DNA of 48,188 nucleotides from an uncultured Micavibrio sp. (GTDB lineage: Bacteria > Pseudomonadota > Alphaproteobacteria > Micavibrionales > Micavibrionaceae): positions 1 through 48,188 of the forward strand of contig CAZMZK010000001.1 of the NCBI GenBank assembly GCA_964570705.1, written 5' to 3'. Position numbers and translations under genes: made by a program. Positions 9,890 to 18,567 of the stretch are shown piece by piece. The notes beneath the pieces are model-generated. The model was not told where the DNA came from, searched no databases, and saw only the letters and a list, made by a program, of their open reading frames with translations. Each line of letters begins with the position of its first letter. Positions within the stretch are counted from its first letter, which is position 1.

Positions 9890-11950
9890 ATGCCGAAACT
9901 GAAAATCAATGGGACAGAAATTGACGTTCCTGCCGGGACCTCGATCCTTCAAGCCTCGGAAATGCTGGGCTATGAAATTCCCCGTTTTTGTTACCATGAT
10001 CGCCTGAGCGTTCCAGCCAACTGCCGGATGTGTCTGGTCGAGGTCAAAGGGGCGCCAAAACCTGTCGCGTCCTGCGCGATGGCGTGTGGTGAAAACATGG
10101 AAGTTTTTACCGACAGCTCTCTGGTCAAAAAATCCCGCCGTGGTGTCATGGAAATGATGCTGATTAACCACCCGCTTGATTGTCCGATTTGTGATCAGGG
10201 TGGTGAATGTGATTTGCAGGATCAGGCTTTTGGTTATGGCTTTGACCGTTCGCGCTATACAGAAGACAAACGCACCAAAGTTGATCCGGATCTGGGGCCG
10301 ATTGTCAAAACCGTGATGACTCGTTGCATTCAATGCACACGCTGTGTCCGTTTTTCCGAAGAAATTGCTGGTGTATCCGATTTGGGCATGGTCAATCGTG
10401 GGGAAGATGCGGAAATCACAACCTTTATTGAAAAAGCCATTAACTCGGAATTGTCCGGAAACCTGGTTGATGTGTGTCCGGTCGGGGCTTTGACCTCCAA
10501 ACCTTACGCCTTTACGGCGCGTCCTTGGGAATTGCGCAAAACCGACAGCATTGACGTACAGGATGCGGTCGGCAGCAATATCCGTGTCGATGCCCGTGGC
10601 AATGAAGTTCTGCGCGTTTTGCCACGTCTCAATGAAGATGTGAACGAAGAATGGATTTCCGACAAAACCCGCTATGCCATTGATGGATTGAAACGGGCGC
10701 GTCTGGACAAACCTTATGTCCGTGATGCCGCCACGGGAGCCCTGCGCGAAGCGTCGTGGGAGACGGCTTTGTCGGTTGTGGCGGAAAAATTATTGACCAC
10801 AGCACCGGAAAAAATGGCGGCGATGGTCGGGGCGTTGAACGATACGGAATCGATGCTGGCCCTGAAAGATTTGATGGTCTCTTTGGGCGTTAAAAATCTG
10901 GATTGCCGGACGGATGGTACGCTGTTTGATGTATCGCAACGGGCAGGATATCTGTTCAATTCCACGATCGCGGCGATTGAACAAGCCGACGTTATTTTGT
11001 TGGTGGGCACCAATCCCCGTTGGGAAGCTCCACTGGTCAATGCCCGTATTCGCAAGGCTTTTGTGGCCAAGCGGGTTAAAGTCGGTGTGATCGGGGAACA
11101 GCGCGATCTGACCTATCCGGTCACGTATATCGGATCCGGTCCGGAAAGCCTTGCGGGCGAACATGCGTTCCTTGACCTGATTAAAAAGGCCGAACGTCCG
11201 TTGATGATTGTGGGGCAGGGAGCATTCCTCCGCCCGGATGGTGAAGCGGTGCATGCCGCTCTGCATGATTTTGCCGAAAGTTTCGGTTTTGTCAAAGAGG
11301 GCTGGAATGGCTTTAACGTGTTGCATACCCACGCCTCCCGCGTTGGTGCACTTGATATCGGTTTTGTGCCACAAGCGGGCGGATTGAATGCCTATGGCAT
11401 TCTGAACGCGACCCAGAACAAAGGACTGGATGTTCTGTATTTGTTGGGTGTGGATGAATTCAATGTGGATGCCTCGATCGGCAAAGATACGTTTGTTATT
11501 TACCAGGGGCACCATGGGGATCAAGGGGCGGCACGTGCGGATGTGATTCTGCCGGGGGTTGCCTATACCGAAAAAGACGGTTTGTATGTGAATACCGAAG
11601 GTCGGGTTCAATTGGCCAAGAAAGCGGTGTCACCTTTGGGACAAGCGCGGGAAGACTGGAAAATCCTGCGGGCGTTATCGGATAAAATCAGCAAGCCGCT
11701 GCCTTACAACACCTTGGCGCAATTGCGCGCACGGTTGGTGGCAGAGTTTGCACAGTTCGGAAAAATTGGTCAGGTGGTCCCGGCTCCGTGGGCGGCTTTT
11801 GGTCGTGCCGGAGACATCCGTGTCCATCCGTTCCACTCGCCGATTGACAATTTCTACATGACCAATTCGATCAGCCGGTCATCGAAAACGATGGCCGCTT
11901 GTACCGAGGCCTTTGTTTATCCAACCAAAACCGCAGAAGCGGCGGAGTAG
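9890..11950 (+). CDS. nuoG: NADH-quinone oxidoreductase subunit G
   Basis: 2Fe-2S and 4Fe-4S Cys clusters are present (CYHDRLSVPANCRMCLVE, HPLDCPICDQGGECDLQD, CIQCTRCVRF). ATG at 9890 (MPKLKINGTEI) has SD gaggga. The ORF-track GTG at 9866 is less likely. Confidence 0.95.
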   Translation: MPKLKINGTEIDVPAGTSILQASEMLGYEIPRFCYHDRLSVPANCRMCLVEVKGAPKPVASCAMACGENMEVFTDSSLVKKSRRGVMEMMLINHPLDCPICDQGGECDLQDQAFGYGFDRSRYTEDKRTKVDPDLGPIVKTVMTRCIQCTRCVRFSEEIAGVSDLGMVNRGEDAEITTFIEKAINSELSGNLVDVCPVGALTSKPYAFTARPWELRKTDSIDVQDAVGSNIRVDARGNEVLRVLPRLNEDVNEEWISDKTRYAIDGLKRARLDKPYVRDAATGALREASWETALSVVAEKLLTTAPEKMAAMVGALNDTESMLALKDLMVSLGVKNLDCRTDGTLFDVSQRAGYLFNSTIAAIEQADVILLVGTNPRWEAPLVNARIRKAFVAKRVKVGVIGEQRDLTYPVTYIGSGPESLAGEHAFLDLIKKAERPLMIVGQGAFLRPDGEAVHAALHDFAESFGFVKEGWNGFNVLHTHASRVGALDIGFVPQAGGLNAYGILNATQNKGLDVLYLLGVDEFNVDASIGKDTFVIYQGHHGDQGAARADVILPGVAYTEKDGLYVNTEGRVQLAKKAVSPLGQAREDWKILRALSDKISKPLPYNTLAQLRARLVAEFAQFGKIGQVVPAPWAAFGRAGDIRVHPFHSPIDNFYMTNSISRSSKTMAACTEAFVYPTKTAEAAE

Positions 11951-11952
11951 GT

Positions 11953-12774
11953 ATGAAAATTCTTCTCTCCCTTGTTGTGCTATTGCTGGCTATCCCTGCA
12001 TACGCAGCGGACGGGGGAGAAGCATATGATCGTGTAATAAAGTCCAACACGTTGCGGTGTGGCATCATGTTGTGGCCGCCTTATTTTGAAATGGATGCGA
12101 ATACCCATGCGTTAAAAGGGTTTGGCGTTGATTTTTATAATGCGGTTGCGGAGATTCTGGGGATTAAAATCACTTACTCCGAGATCATTCCAGGGCAGCA
12201 AGCCGAAGATTTGAATCGGGGAAAAATTGATGCCGTATGTAACGATGGTCCCTATGTTTTCTCGGCCATGAAGTTTGTAGATTATACTGTCCCAGCTTAT
12301 TATGGCCCAACGTATGTTTATGTAAGTGAGAAAAATACCTCGTTCAAAACGCCGGATGATCTGAATAAAAAAGCGGTTCGCTTCGTGGGGATGGATGGGG
12401 ATTTGAGTTCGGATCTGGTCCCTCGTCATTATCCGCAGGCAGCATTACAAACATTGCCTGCAACGTCGGATGCGGCTGCGTTAATGCTGCAAGTTTCGAC
12501 AGGCAAGGCAGATGCCGTTATCATCGATCCGGGGCCTGTTGATGGGTTCAATGCACAGAACTCCCCGAAATTAAAACCTCTTTTCAAAGAGTCGCCCTTC
12601 GTCTACCCTATCGGAATGTCGGTGAAAAAAGGGGAGCAGCAGCTTTTGAATATGCTGAATTCTGGAATTTCTGCACTGTGGAATACACACGGAGCCTTGC
12701 CGATCCTCCGGAAGTATGATCCAAAGGGACGCATGTTTTTACCAATTTCAAAACCGTATGAATTAAAATACTAA
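11953..12774 (+). CDS. family-3 (amino-acid type) ABC transporter substrate-binding protein, orphan, located between nuoG and nuoH
   Basis: ATG at 11953 gives the signal peptide MKILLSLVVLLLAIPAYA. The SBP_bac_3-like body includes GFGVDFYNAVAEILG and a KADAVIID-type hinge. No permease or ATPase gene is adjacent. Confidence 0.75.
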   Translation: MKILLSLVVLLLAIPAYAADGGEAYDRVIKSNTLRCGIMLWPPYFEMDANTHALKGFGVDFYNAVAEILGIKITYSEIIPGQQAEDLNRGKIDAVCNDGPYVFSAMKFVDYTVPAYYGPTYVYVSEKNTSFKTPDDLNKKAVRFVGMDGDLSSDLVPRHYPQAALQTLPATSDAAALMLQVSTGKADAVIIDPGPVDGFNAQNSPKLKPLFKESPFVYPIGMSVKKGEQQLLNMLNSGISALWNTHGALPILRKYDPKGRMFLPISKPYELKY

Positions 12775-12780
12775 GGTGGA

Positions 12781-13815
12781 ATGATGACCGCATTAAAGGA
12801 ATTTCTGCACACTATGTTTGGCCCGTTCTGGGGGGATGCTGTCCTTCTGGTTGGGTCGATTGTCGGGCTGTCCCTGTGCATTATGGTGTTTGTTGCGTTT
12901 GTGACCTATGCCGAACGCAAAGTTCTGGGGGCCATGCAACGTCGTCAGGGGCCTATGACGGTTGGGCCTTTTGGTTTGTTACAACCTTTTGCCGATGCGT
13001 TTAAACTGTTGTCCAAAGAAACGATTGTGCCAACTCAGGCAAACCGCCCTGTGTTCTTTATGGCACCGATCTTGATTCTGACGCTGGCGTTGGTGGCATG
13101 GTCTGTCATTCCTTTGAGTGCACAGATGGTTCTGGCTGATATTAATGTGGGGGTTTTATTCCTCTTTGCGATTTCATCCTTAGGGGTCTATGGCGTGATT
13201 ATGGCCGGATGGGCCTCCAACTCGAAATACGCCTTTCTTGGCGGCTTGCGGTCGGCCTCCCAAATGGTGTCGTACGAAGTTTCCATGGGATTGGTGATTG
13301 TCACGGTGATTTTGTGCACCGGGTCGATGAATTTGTCGGAAATTGTGCTTGCGCATCGTCCGTGGTGGATGGATCTTCTCCTCCTGCCGATGCTGGGGGT
13401 TTTCCTTATTTCCATTCTGGCGGAAACCAACCGCCCGCCTTTCGACTTGCCAGAGGGCGAATCGGAATTGTCGGGGGGATTTATGGTGGAATATTCGGCG
13501 GGGACCTTCGTTCTGTTCTTCCTCGGTGAATACATGAATATGGTGTTGATGTCGGCGATTACAGCGGTTCTGTTTCTGGGGGGGTGGTTGCCTCCTTTCG
13601 GGATCGAGGCTCTGGCTGTTGTCCCCGGTGTTATCTGGATGATTGCCAAGATTTCGCTCGTCCTGTTCTTCTTTTTCTGGGCACGGGCGACATTCCCCCG
13701 TTACCGCTATGACCAATTAATGCGCTTGGGGTGGAAAGTCTTCTTGCCATTCAGCTTTATCTGGGTTGTAATTGTGGCCGGAACACTGATTTATACGAAC
13801 ACGCTGCCTCATTAA
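12781..13815 (+). CDS. nuoH: NADH-quinone oxidoreductase subunit H
   Basis: 344 aa polytopic protein with [16 protein letters not shown] and [16 protein letters not shown] motifs. Confidence 0.95.
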   Translation: MMTALKEFLHTMFGPFWGDAVLLVGSIVGLSLCIMVFVAFVTYAERKVLGAMQRRQGPMTVGPFGLLQPFADAFKLLSKETIVPTQANRPVFFMAPILILTLALVAWSVIPLSAQMVLADINVGVLFLFAISSLGVYGVIMAGWASNSKYAFLGGLRSASQMVSYEVSMGLVIVTVILCTGSMNLSEIVLAHRPWWMDLLLLPMLGVFLISILAETNRPPFDLPEGESELSGGFMVEYSAGTFVLFFLGEYMNMVLMSAITAVLFLGGWLPPFGIEALAVVPGVIWMIAKISLVLFFFFWARATFPRYRYDQLMRLGWKVFLPFSFIWVVIVAGTLIYTNTLPH

Positions 13816-13839
13816 GAGATTATCAATAGGAAATAGATT

Positions 13840-14328
13840 ATGTCTGCTTTTACCGTTGCCCGTTCGTTTTTGTTGATCGAAATCCTCAAAGGGATGGCGT
13901 TGACTTTGAAATACATGTTCTTTGTCCCGCGTGTGACGATCAACTACCCGTATGAAAAAGGCCCGTTATCGCCCCGTTTCCGTGGGGAGCATGCGTTGCG
14001 TCGTTATCCCAACGGGGAAGAGCGCTGCATCGCCTGTAAATTATGTGAAGCGATTTGCCCGGCCTTGGCGATTACGATCGAGGCAGAGCCACGCGAAGAT
14101 GGCTCTCGCCGCACGACACGTTACGATATTGATATGACCAAGTGCATTTATTGCGGCCTGTGTCAGGAAGCCTGTCCGGTTGATGCGATTGTAGAAGGCC
14201 CGAATTTTGAATTTGCAACCGAAACCCGTGATGAATTGTTCTATAACAAACAAAAATTGCTGGAAAACGGGGATCGTTGGGAAGCACAACTCGCCCGGAA
14301 TTTGGTCGCGGTAGCTCCGTATCGTTAA
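13840..14328 (+). CDS. nuoI: NADH-quinone oxidoreductase subunit I
   Basis: 162 aa with two 4Fe-4S ferredoxin motifs ([12 protein letters not shown] and [12 protein letters not shown]). Confidence 0.95.
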   Translation: MSAFTVARSFLLIEILKGMALTLKYMFFVPRVTINYPYEKGPLSPRFRGEHALRRYPNGEERCIACKLCEAICPALAITIEAEPREDGSRRTTRYDIDMTKCIYCGLCQEACPVDAIVEGPNFEFATETRDELFYNKQKLLENGDRWEAQLARNLVAVAPYR

Positions 14329-14433
14329 ACGATCAAAATTGTGTTATAATACGTAATTGCCTGCGTAGACTCACACTCTGTTAAGGGGTTTGGGCGTAAA
14401 CTATATAAACGATCATTTTTTACAAGGCTCGGT

Positions 14434-15087
14434 ATGGCACACGACGCGAAATCACGGGACATGCAATCTTTTCAGGCTCCGACCAGTTCCAATTCGGATA
14501 TCAGCTCTATTTTGTTGATGATTCATGCGATGAAAGAGCAAATGGACGGGATGGAGCGGTTCGTCCGTCGTCGGTTTGATGAAATTTCCATGGAAATCAA
14601 CGCGACATCCCAACAGCTGGATATGGCGGAAGAGGGCTTGGCGGGCCGATTCTCTGAAGTCTTGAGCGTGATCTCGGCGATTTCGTTCAGCGGGAACGGA
14701 TTGACGGCTGCCAATACGGGCGTGGAGCTGGAAGCGGTTATTACCGACACCGAAGAAGCGGCCAATAAAATTCTGGATGCCGCCGACCGTATTTCGCAAC
14801 GGATCCGGACGGAAAATCAATTGACGGGTGAAGAGGCACGGAAACGCTTTCTGGAAGAAACGCGTTCCGATGTACAGGATATTCTGATGGCCTGTACGTT
14901 CCAGGATTTGACGGGGCAACGGATTCGCAAAACCTTGGAAAGCCTGCAACTGATTGAAAACAAAATCAGCACGACGCTGGACGAGTTGGGGATCGAGGTC
15001 AAAGTTGATCCTTTGGCGGGCGGTGTTCGGGAATCGACGGAAAACCACGCCCATTCCCAAGCCGATATCGACGCGTTGTTTTCATAG
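14434..15087 (+). CDS. cheZ: CheZ-like CheY-P phosphatase (orphan; no other che genes in the window)
   Basis: 217 aa with the active-site string FQDLTGQRIRK (compare E. coli CheZ DFQDLTGQVI, which carries catalytic D143/Q147) and an acidic C-terminal peptide SQADIDALFS resembling the CheY-docking tail. Confidence 0.75.
   Translation: MAHDAKSRDMQSFQAPTSSNSDISSILLMIHAMKEQMDGMERFVRRRFDEISMEINATSQQLDMAEEGLAGRFSEVLSVISAISFSGNGLTAANTGVELEAVITDTEEAANKILDAADRISQRIRTENQLTGEEARKRFLEETRSDVQDILMACTFQDLTGQRIRKTLESLQLIENKISTTLDELGIEVKVDPLAGGVRESTENHAHSQADIDALFS
15012..15087. repeat. left copy of a ~76-nt direct repeat (the native 3-prime end of cheZ, including TAG)
   Basis: The string ttggcgg..ggtgttcgggaatcgacggaaaaccacgcccattcccaagccgatatcgacgcgttgttttcatag recurs at 15814-15891. 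Confidence 0.85.
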
Positions 15088-15284
15088 ATCGTATTATTGT
15101 TGGCAGATTTTGTAACAACAAACCGTGCTTTTCGAGATCTGTATCGCAGAACACAGGGCCGTGTTCGACAAATATAAGCGCCGAAAAGTAGGGTTTCCAG
15201 TCTAGAAGATTATAAGTGATGATATCCCACCCGGTGGTTGCCCCCGAGGTTTTTTGGATTCTTACAGAAAACACCTGCAAGCGA

Positions 15285-15314
15285 CACTCACCTCCTGAAA
15301 AGATGAGGTGAGTG
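15285..15314 (-). terminator. candidate hairpin downstream of the 15351-15659 ORF
   Basis: Perfect 10-bp stem, cactcacctc (15285-15294) with gaggtgagtg (15305-15314), and a 10-nt loop, about 37 nt past the reverse-strand stop. On the minus strand it is followed by tcgcttgcaggtgttttctg, so the T-tract is weak. Confidence 0.35.
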
Positions 15315-15350
15315 CTATCGGAGGAAGTATGAGGGATCTTGAATTTTTTG

Positions 15351-15659
15351 TTATTTTAGGGAAAATTCATGCCTACTGCCAGAATAAAATGGTGTGCAGC
15401 CCTTTTGATATTTTTCTAATAATTCCGCGGCTGTTTGGATGCTTTTATCTTCGTAGGTTGTTTGAGTAGCCTTGTCAGGACATATAATCTTCACCTGTCC
15501 GTGCCTAACCGATTCTAACTGATCTTCTGCTGTCGCAGCAGCGAAATTTCTTTTAATTTGCTGTTGTTCACCCCTTTGGTTGTAGACCACTGCTCCCGCG
15601 ATACTGCACATTAACCCTACACCGATTACAACATTTCGTAAATCTTTGTTCATTTTCAT
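15351..15659 (-). CDS. hypothetical small membrane-anchored or secreted protein inside the AT-rich islet
   Basis: 102 aa with an N-terminal hydrophobic segment (VVIGVGLMCSIAGAVVY). AT-rich promoter-like DNA lies upstream (15660-15800). No recognisable domain. Confidence 0.45.
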   Translation of the reverse strand: MKMNKDLRNVVIGVGLMCSIAGAVVYNQRGEQQQIKRNFAAATAEDQLESVRHGQVKIICPDKATQTTYEDKSIQTAAELLEKYQKGCTPFYSGSRHEFSLK

Positions 15660-15813
15660 ATCACCTATTAAGTTATGTTAAAATACGGTTTATGTATACT
15701 GCAATAATTTCCCTTTTTCAATAAAAATATTACGGTAAATTGTTTCTTTGTATTTTGATAATGTATTTATAAAACTAAACGCGCCCTTTTAAAGACTGAA
15801 TATAAAGAATACG

Positions 15814-15891
15814 CCTTGGCGGGGTGGTGTTCGGGAATCGACGGAAAACCACGCCCATTCCCAAGCCGATATCGATGCATTGTTTTCATAG
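15814..15891. repeat. right copy of the ~76-nt direct repeat (second copy of the cheZ 3-prime end)
   Basis: It differs from 15012-15087 by one 1-nt indel near the 5-prime edge and two substitutions (gac to gat, gcg to gca). Both substitutions are synonymous in the cheZ frame, and the copy ends with the same TAG. Confidence 0.85.
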
Positions 15892-15927
15892 TGTCTATCC
15901 AAAAACTTGTGGCGCATTTTTGAGGTC

Positions 15928-16015
15928 TTCGTCATCCTTCGCCAAGTGGAGATTTTGCGAAAGCCGCAATCTCACTTGTACAAGAGGAGATTCTGGCTTT
16001 CGTCAGAATGACGAA
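15928..16015. repeat. nested palindromic (REP/MITE-like) element
   Basis: The outer stem pairs ttcgtcat (15928-15935) with atgacgaa (16008-16015). Inner hairpins include attctg..cagaat. It belongs to the gtcat..gaatgac type seen elsewhere in the window. Confidence 0.6.
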
Positions 16016-16048
16016 TTTGTATTTTAAATTATTATATCCGAAAGTTTT

Positions 16049-16135
16049 CCCCCTCACCCCTCCCTCTCCCCACGGGGGAGAGGGCAACGCAGGCTTAAGG
16101 GCTGTAAGCCTTTAGCCGAAGTCGGGTGAGGGGGG
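16049..16135. repeat. multi-hairpin extragenic palindromic element
   Basis: The outer stem pairs cccccctcaccc with gggtgagggggg. It encloses ccctctcccc-acg-ggggagaggg (16062-16084) and aggctta-agggctg-taagcct (16091-16110). Confidence 0.65.
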
Positions 16136-16190
16136 CTCTTTTCTCGGCTCATTAACCGAACGAAGTATATTCTTAAACGTCATGATGTTT

Positions 16191-16772
16191 CTATTCTATC
16201 CGCCGTGCCGGAAGATATGCCATCGGCGGCGTTGGTTGGCAATCAGCATAGTCGCGGACGATCAGCGCGGAAAGTTCTGCGAGCAAGTCGGCGCAGGTTT
16301 TTTTACACTGTATTACTGCGGCATCCGAAAGCCGGCGGCACTCTATTGGTGCGGAAGGTTCTATCCCACTTATTTCATCTGCAGTAAAAATTCCAGCCGC
16401 CGCATATGTCATTTTTAGCTCAGATTCCCATGTCTCTTTCCACAGGTTTATTGTGTTTTGACGTATCTGATCTTGTTTGAATAAATGTGGGAAATCTTGC
16501 GGCTGGATATGTTCCTCGATGTAGGACAAGGCGTTACATAATTTTATCAGTTTCTGATGTGTGAGCTGCTTTTGCTTGGAGGGAAATTCTGGAAGAAAAA
16601 TGGTTGGGGCAACTGTATAGGTTTTTGCCAATTGTATCATTTGATCCCGATGGATGATAAATTCTTCTCCCGCATAAGCTGGCCAGTTTGTACGGGGCCC
16701 ACTTTTTGTGGAAGTGTTGGAAAAGTTTTGTACGAGAGTTAGGGCTTGTGATGTGCGCATCAAAATATCCAT
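16191..16772 (-). CDS. hypothetical protein (no recognisable domain)
   Basis: 193-aa ORF, the only long frame in this interval. It lies between the repeat cluster and purK. Confidence 0.5.
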   Translation of the reverse strand: MDILMRTSQALTLVQNFSNTSTKSGPRTNWPAYAGEEFIIHRDQMIQLAKTYTVAPTIFLPEFPSKQKQLTHQKLIKLCNALSYIEEHIQPQDFPHLFKQDQIRQNTINLWKETWESELKMTYAAAGIFTADEISGIEPSAPIECRRLSDAAVIQCKKTCADLLAELSALIVRDYADCQPTPPMAYLPARRIE

Positions 16773-16821
16773 AAATTATGGCAATTTATAGCGCGAGGGG
16801 CGCCGCATGTCAAATTCCTGG

Positions 16822-17892
16822 TTAGCTACGCGGTTTTAACAGGGTGATATGCCCCATTTTGCGCCCTGCGCGGACGTCGGGTTTGCCATAGAGGTGGATA
16901 CAGGCATTGGCCTTGGCCATATAGCTGTCTACCAAAGCAATGTCATCGCCAATCAAATTCAACATCACGGCATCGGAATGGCGTTTGGCCGATCCCACAG
17001 GCAGGCCACAGACGGTCCGCACATGGTTTTCGAACTGGGATACGGCGCAGGCGTCGATCGTCCAATGTCCGGAATTATGGGTGCGTGGTGCAATTTCATT
17101 GGCCAGAATTTTGCCGTCTTTGGTGACAAACATTTCAAGGGCCAGAACCCCCACCAGCCCCACTTCGTCGGCTACTTTTTTACCCAATTTCTGGGCTTTG
17201 GATAACAGGGCAGGGGACAAAGGTGCTGGTGCCGTGGTTTTGGATAGAATGTGGTTTTTATGGTCGTTTAATACCACATCGTAACATTCCGTTTTGCCGA
17301 AAACGTCGCGGGCGACCACTACGGATATTTCATGACGGAAGGGGACAATGGCTTCAATAATCACTTCGTCCGATTTCAGGGAGGCAAAGGCCGCATCAAT
17401 ATCGGTACCTTTGCTGATTTTAACTTGTCCCTTGCCGTCATAGCCAAAGCGGGCGGTTTTCAGGATGCAATCATGTACGCCCCATTCGGCGAGGGTGGCA
17501 TGAACTTGTTCGGCACAACAGGCCTTTGCCCAGTTGGCGGTTGGTATTCCGATATTGTTCAGAAATTGTTTTTCGTGCCAACGATGTTGCGCGATTTCCA
17601 ACAGGTAATCATCAGGGAATACAGGTTTTATTTTTTTCAGAAACTGGACGGTTTCGACCGGAATATTTTCAAATTCATACGAGATCACATCCACCGATTT
17701 GGCAAAGGCCCGCAAAGCAACCTTGTCGGTATAGGGAGCCACAAAGGTTTTGGCGGCAACATAGGAGGCCGGACTATCTTCGTCGGGGCAAAAAATATGA
17801 ACCTTGATCCCTAAACGCGCCGCCGCCATGGCTGACATGCGGCCCAATTGTCCGCCCCCCAGAATTCCCAATGTTTTTGCCGGCTGTGTCAT
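16822..17892 (-). CDS. purK: N5-carboxyaminoimidazole ribonucleotide synthase
   Basis: ATP-grasp protein. Starting at ATG 17892 gives MTQPAKTLGILGGGQLGRM. Further on, ENIPVETV, YDGKGQ and the HNSGHWT motif are present. No purE is adjacent. Confidence 0.9.
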   Translation of the reverse strand: MTQPAKTLGILGGGQLGRMSAMAAARLGIKVHIFCPDEDSPASYVAAKTFVAPYTDKVALRAFAKSVDVISYEFENIPVETVQFLKKIKPVFPDDYLLEIAQHRWHEKQFLNNIGIPTANWAKACCAEQVHATLAEWGVHDCILKTARFGYDGKGQVKISKGTDIDAAFASLKSDEVIIEAIVPFRHEISVVVARDVFGKTECYDVVLNDHKNHILSKTTAPAPLSPALLSKAQKLGKKVADEVGLVGVLALEMFVTKDGKILANEIAPRTHNSGHWTIDACAVSQFENHVRTVCGLPVGSAKRHSDAVMLNLIGDDIALVDSYMAKANACIHLYGKPDVRAGRKMGHITLLKPRS

Positions 17893-17986
17893 GATATGTG
17901 CCTTTATTATAGTGTCGTTCTTGGGCGTTTTTACCACAGAGGACACAGAGATCACAGGGATTTTTTCTCTTCAGAATCGTCCTCGG

Positions 17987-18535
17987 TTAGACTTTGCTCC
18001 ACGCCTCGAGCAGTTGTTGGAGGGCGGTATCTTCTGCGGGAGAAATATTCAGGTCGGTGTAAGAATCCCGATCCAGAAGACGCAAGACAAAATGCTCTTT
18101 CTTTTCGTGTATCCGCCCCCATAAGGACTGATTGAGCCCCTCGGCATCGTCTGCTTCGCGATACGCACGGGCGACAGAGGTCGCAATGGCCATCAGGGCA
18201 TTTCCGTATAATATAGATTCTTCGCCAGTGGCTTGGGCTTCTAAAATTGATTTTACCTGTGGGATATCCGACACAGCCGAGTCGCTCGTATTGGCCCAAT
18301 GTTCCCAACTTCCTTTCTGACGCAAGGCTTCAAAGGCAATATCTGCCGCCAATGCGCCAAAGACTCTGGATGAGGCAATCGTGCCCAATGTTCGTAACAT
18401 CAGCTCATTTTCGATGTTTTCGGAATGATCCCCTATATCTGTATCATCGATACCGGACATCCAGAGACCGATGCGGTAGAACACGCTGACCAGAATGTCC
18501 TGATCGGCAGGAGGAAATCGGGATAATTCAGACAT
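17987..18535 (-). CDS. hypothetical protein, paralog A of a tandem pair
   Basis: 182 aa. It shares with the neighbour L.P....D..V...FR.GLW.S..D at the N-terminus, VA.AY.E in the middle and LNISPAE near the C-terminus. Confidence 0.6.
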   Translation of the reverse strand: MSELSRFPPADQDILVSVFYRIGLWMSGIDDTDIGDHSENIENELMLRTLGTIASSRVFGALAADIAFEALRQKGSWEHWANTSDSAVSDIPQVKSILEAQATGEESILYGNALMAIATSVARAYREADDAEGLNQSLWGRIHEKKEHFVLRLLDRDSYTDLNISPAEDTALQQLLEAWSKV

Positions 18536-18567
18536 AACAACTCCAGAACCGGCCTCTCAACAGGGGC

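Larger units (their letters stand above)
15088..15813. other. visibly AT-rich ~0.7-kb insert bounded by the duplicated cheZ 3-prime end
   Basis: Composition drops sharply (for example 15661-15790 is almost pure A/T). It holds a single reverse-strand ORF and is flanked by the 76-nt direct repeats. Confidence 0.5.

Noticed and set aside
10790-11611. 273-aa reverse-strand ORF inside nuoG (and the similar 8371-8976 inside nuoF)
   Set aside because: Both are antisense shadows of unmistakable Nuo subunits and their translations are R/H/Q-rich nonsense.
14452-15060. 202-aa reverse-strand ORF opposite cheZ
   Set aside because: The + strand carries the diagnostic FQDLTGQRIRK CheZ motif, so the reverse frame is a shadow ORF.
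15824-16027. 67-aa + strand ORF starting in the second cheZ-tail copy
   Set aside because: It reads the duplicated segment in the wrong frame and runs on into palindromic repeat DNA, so it is most likely not a gene.
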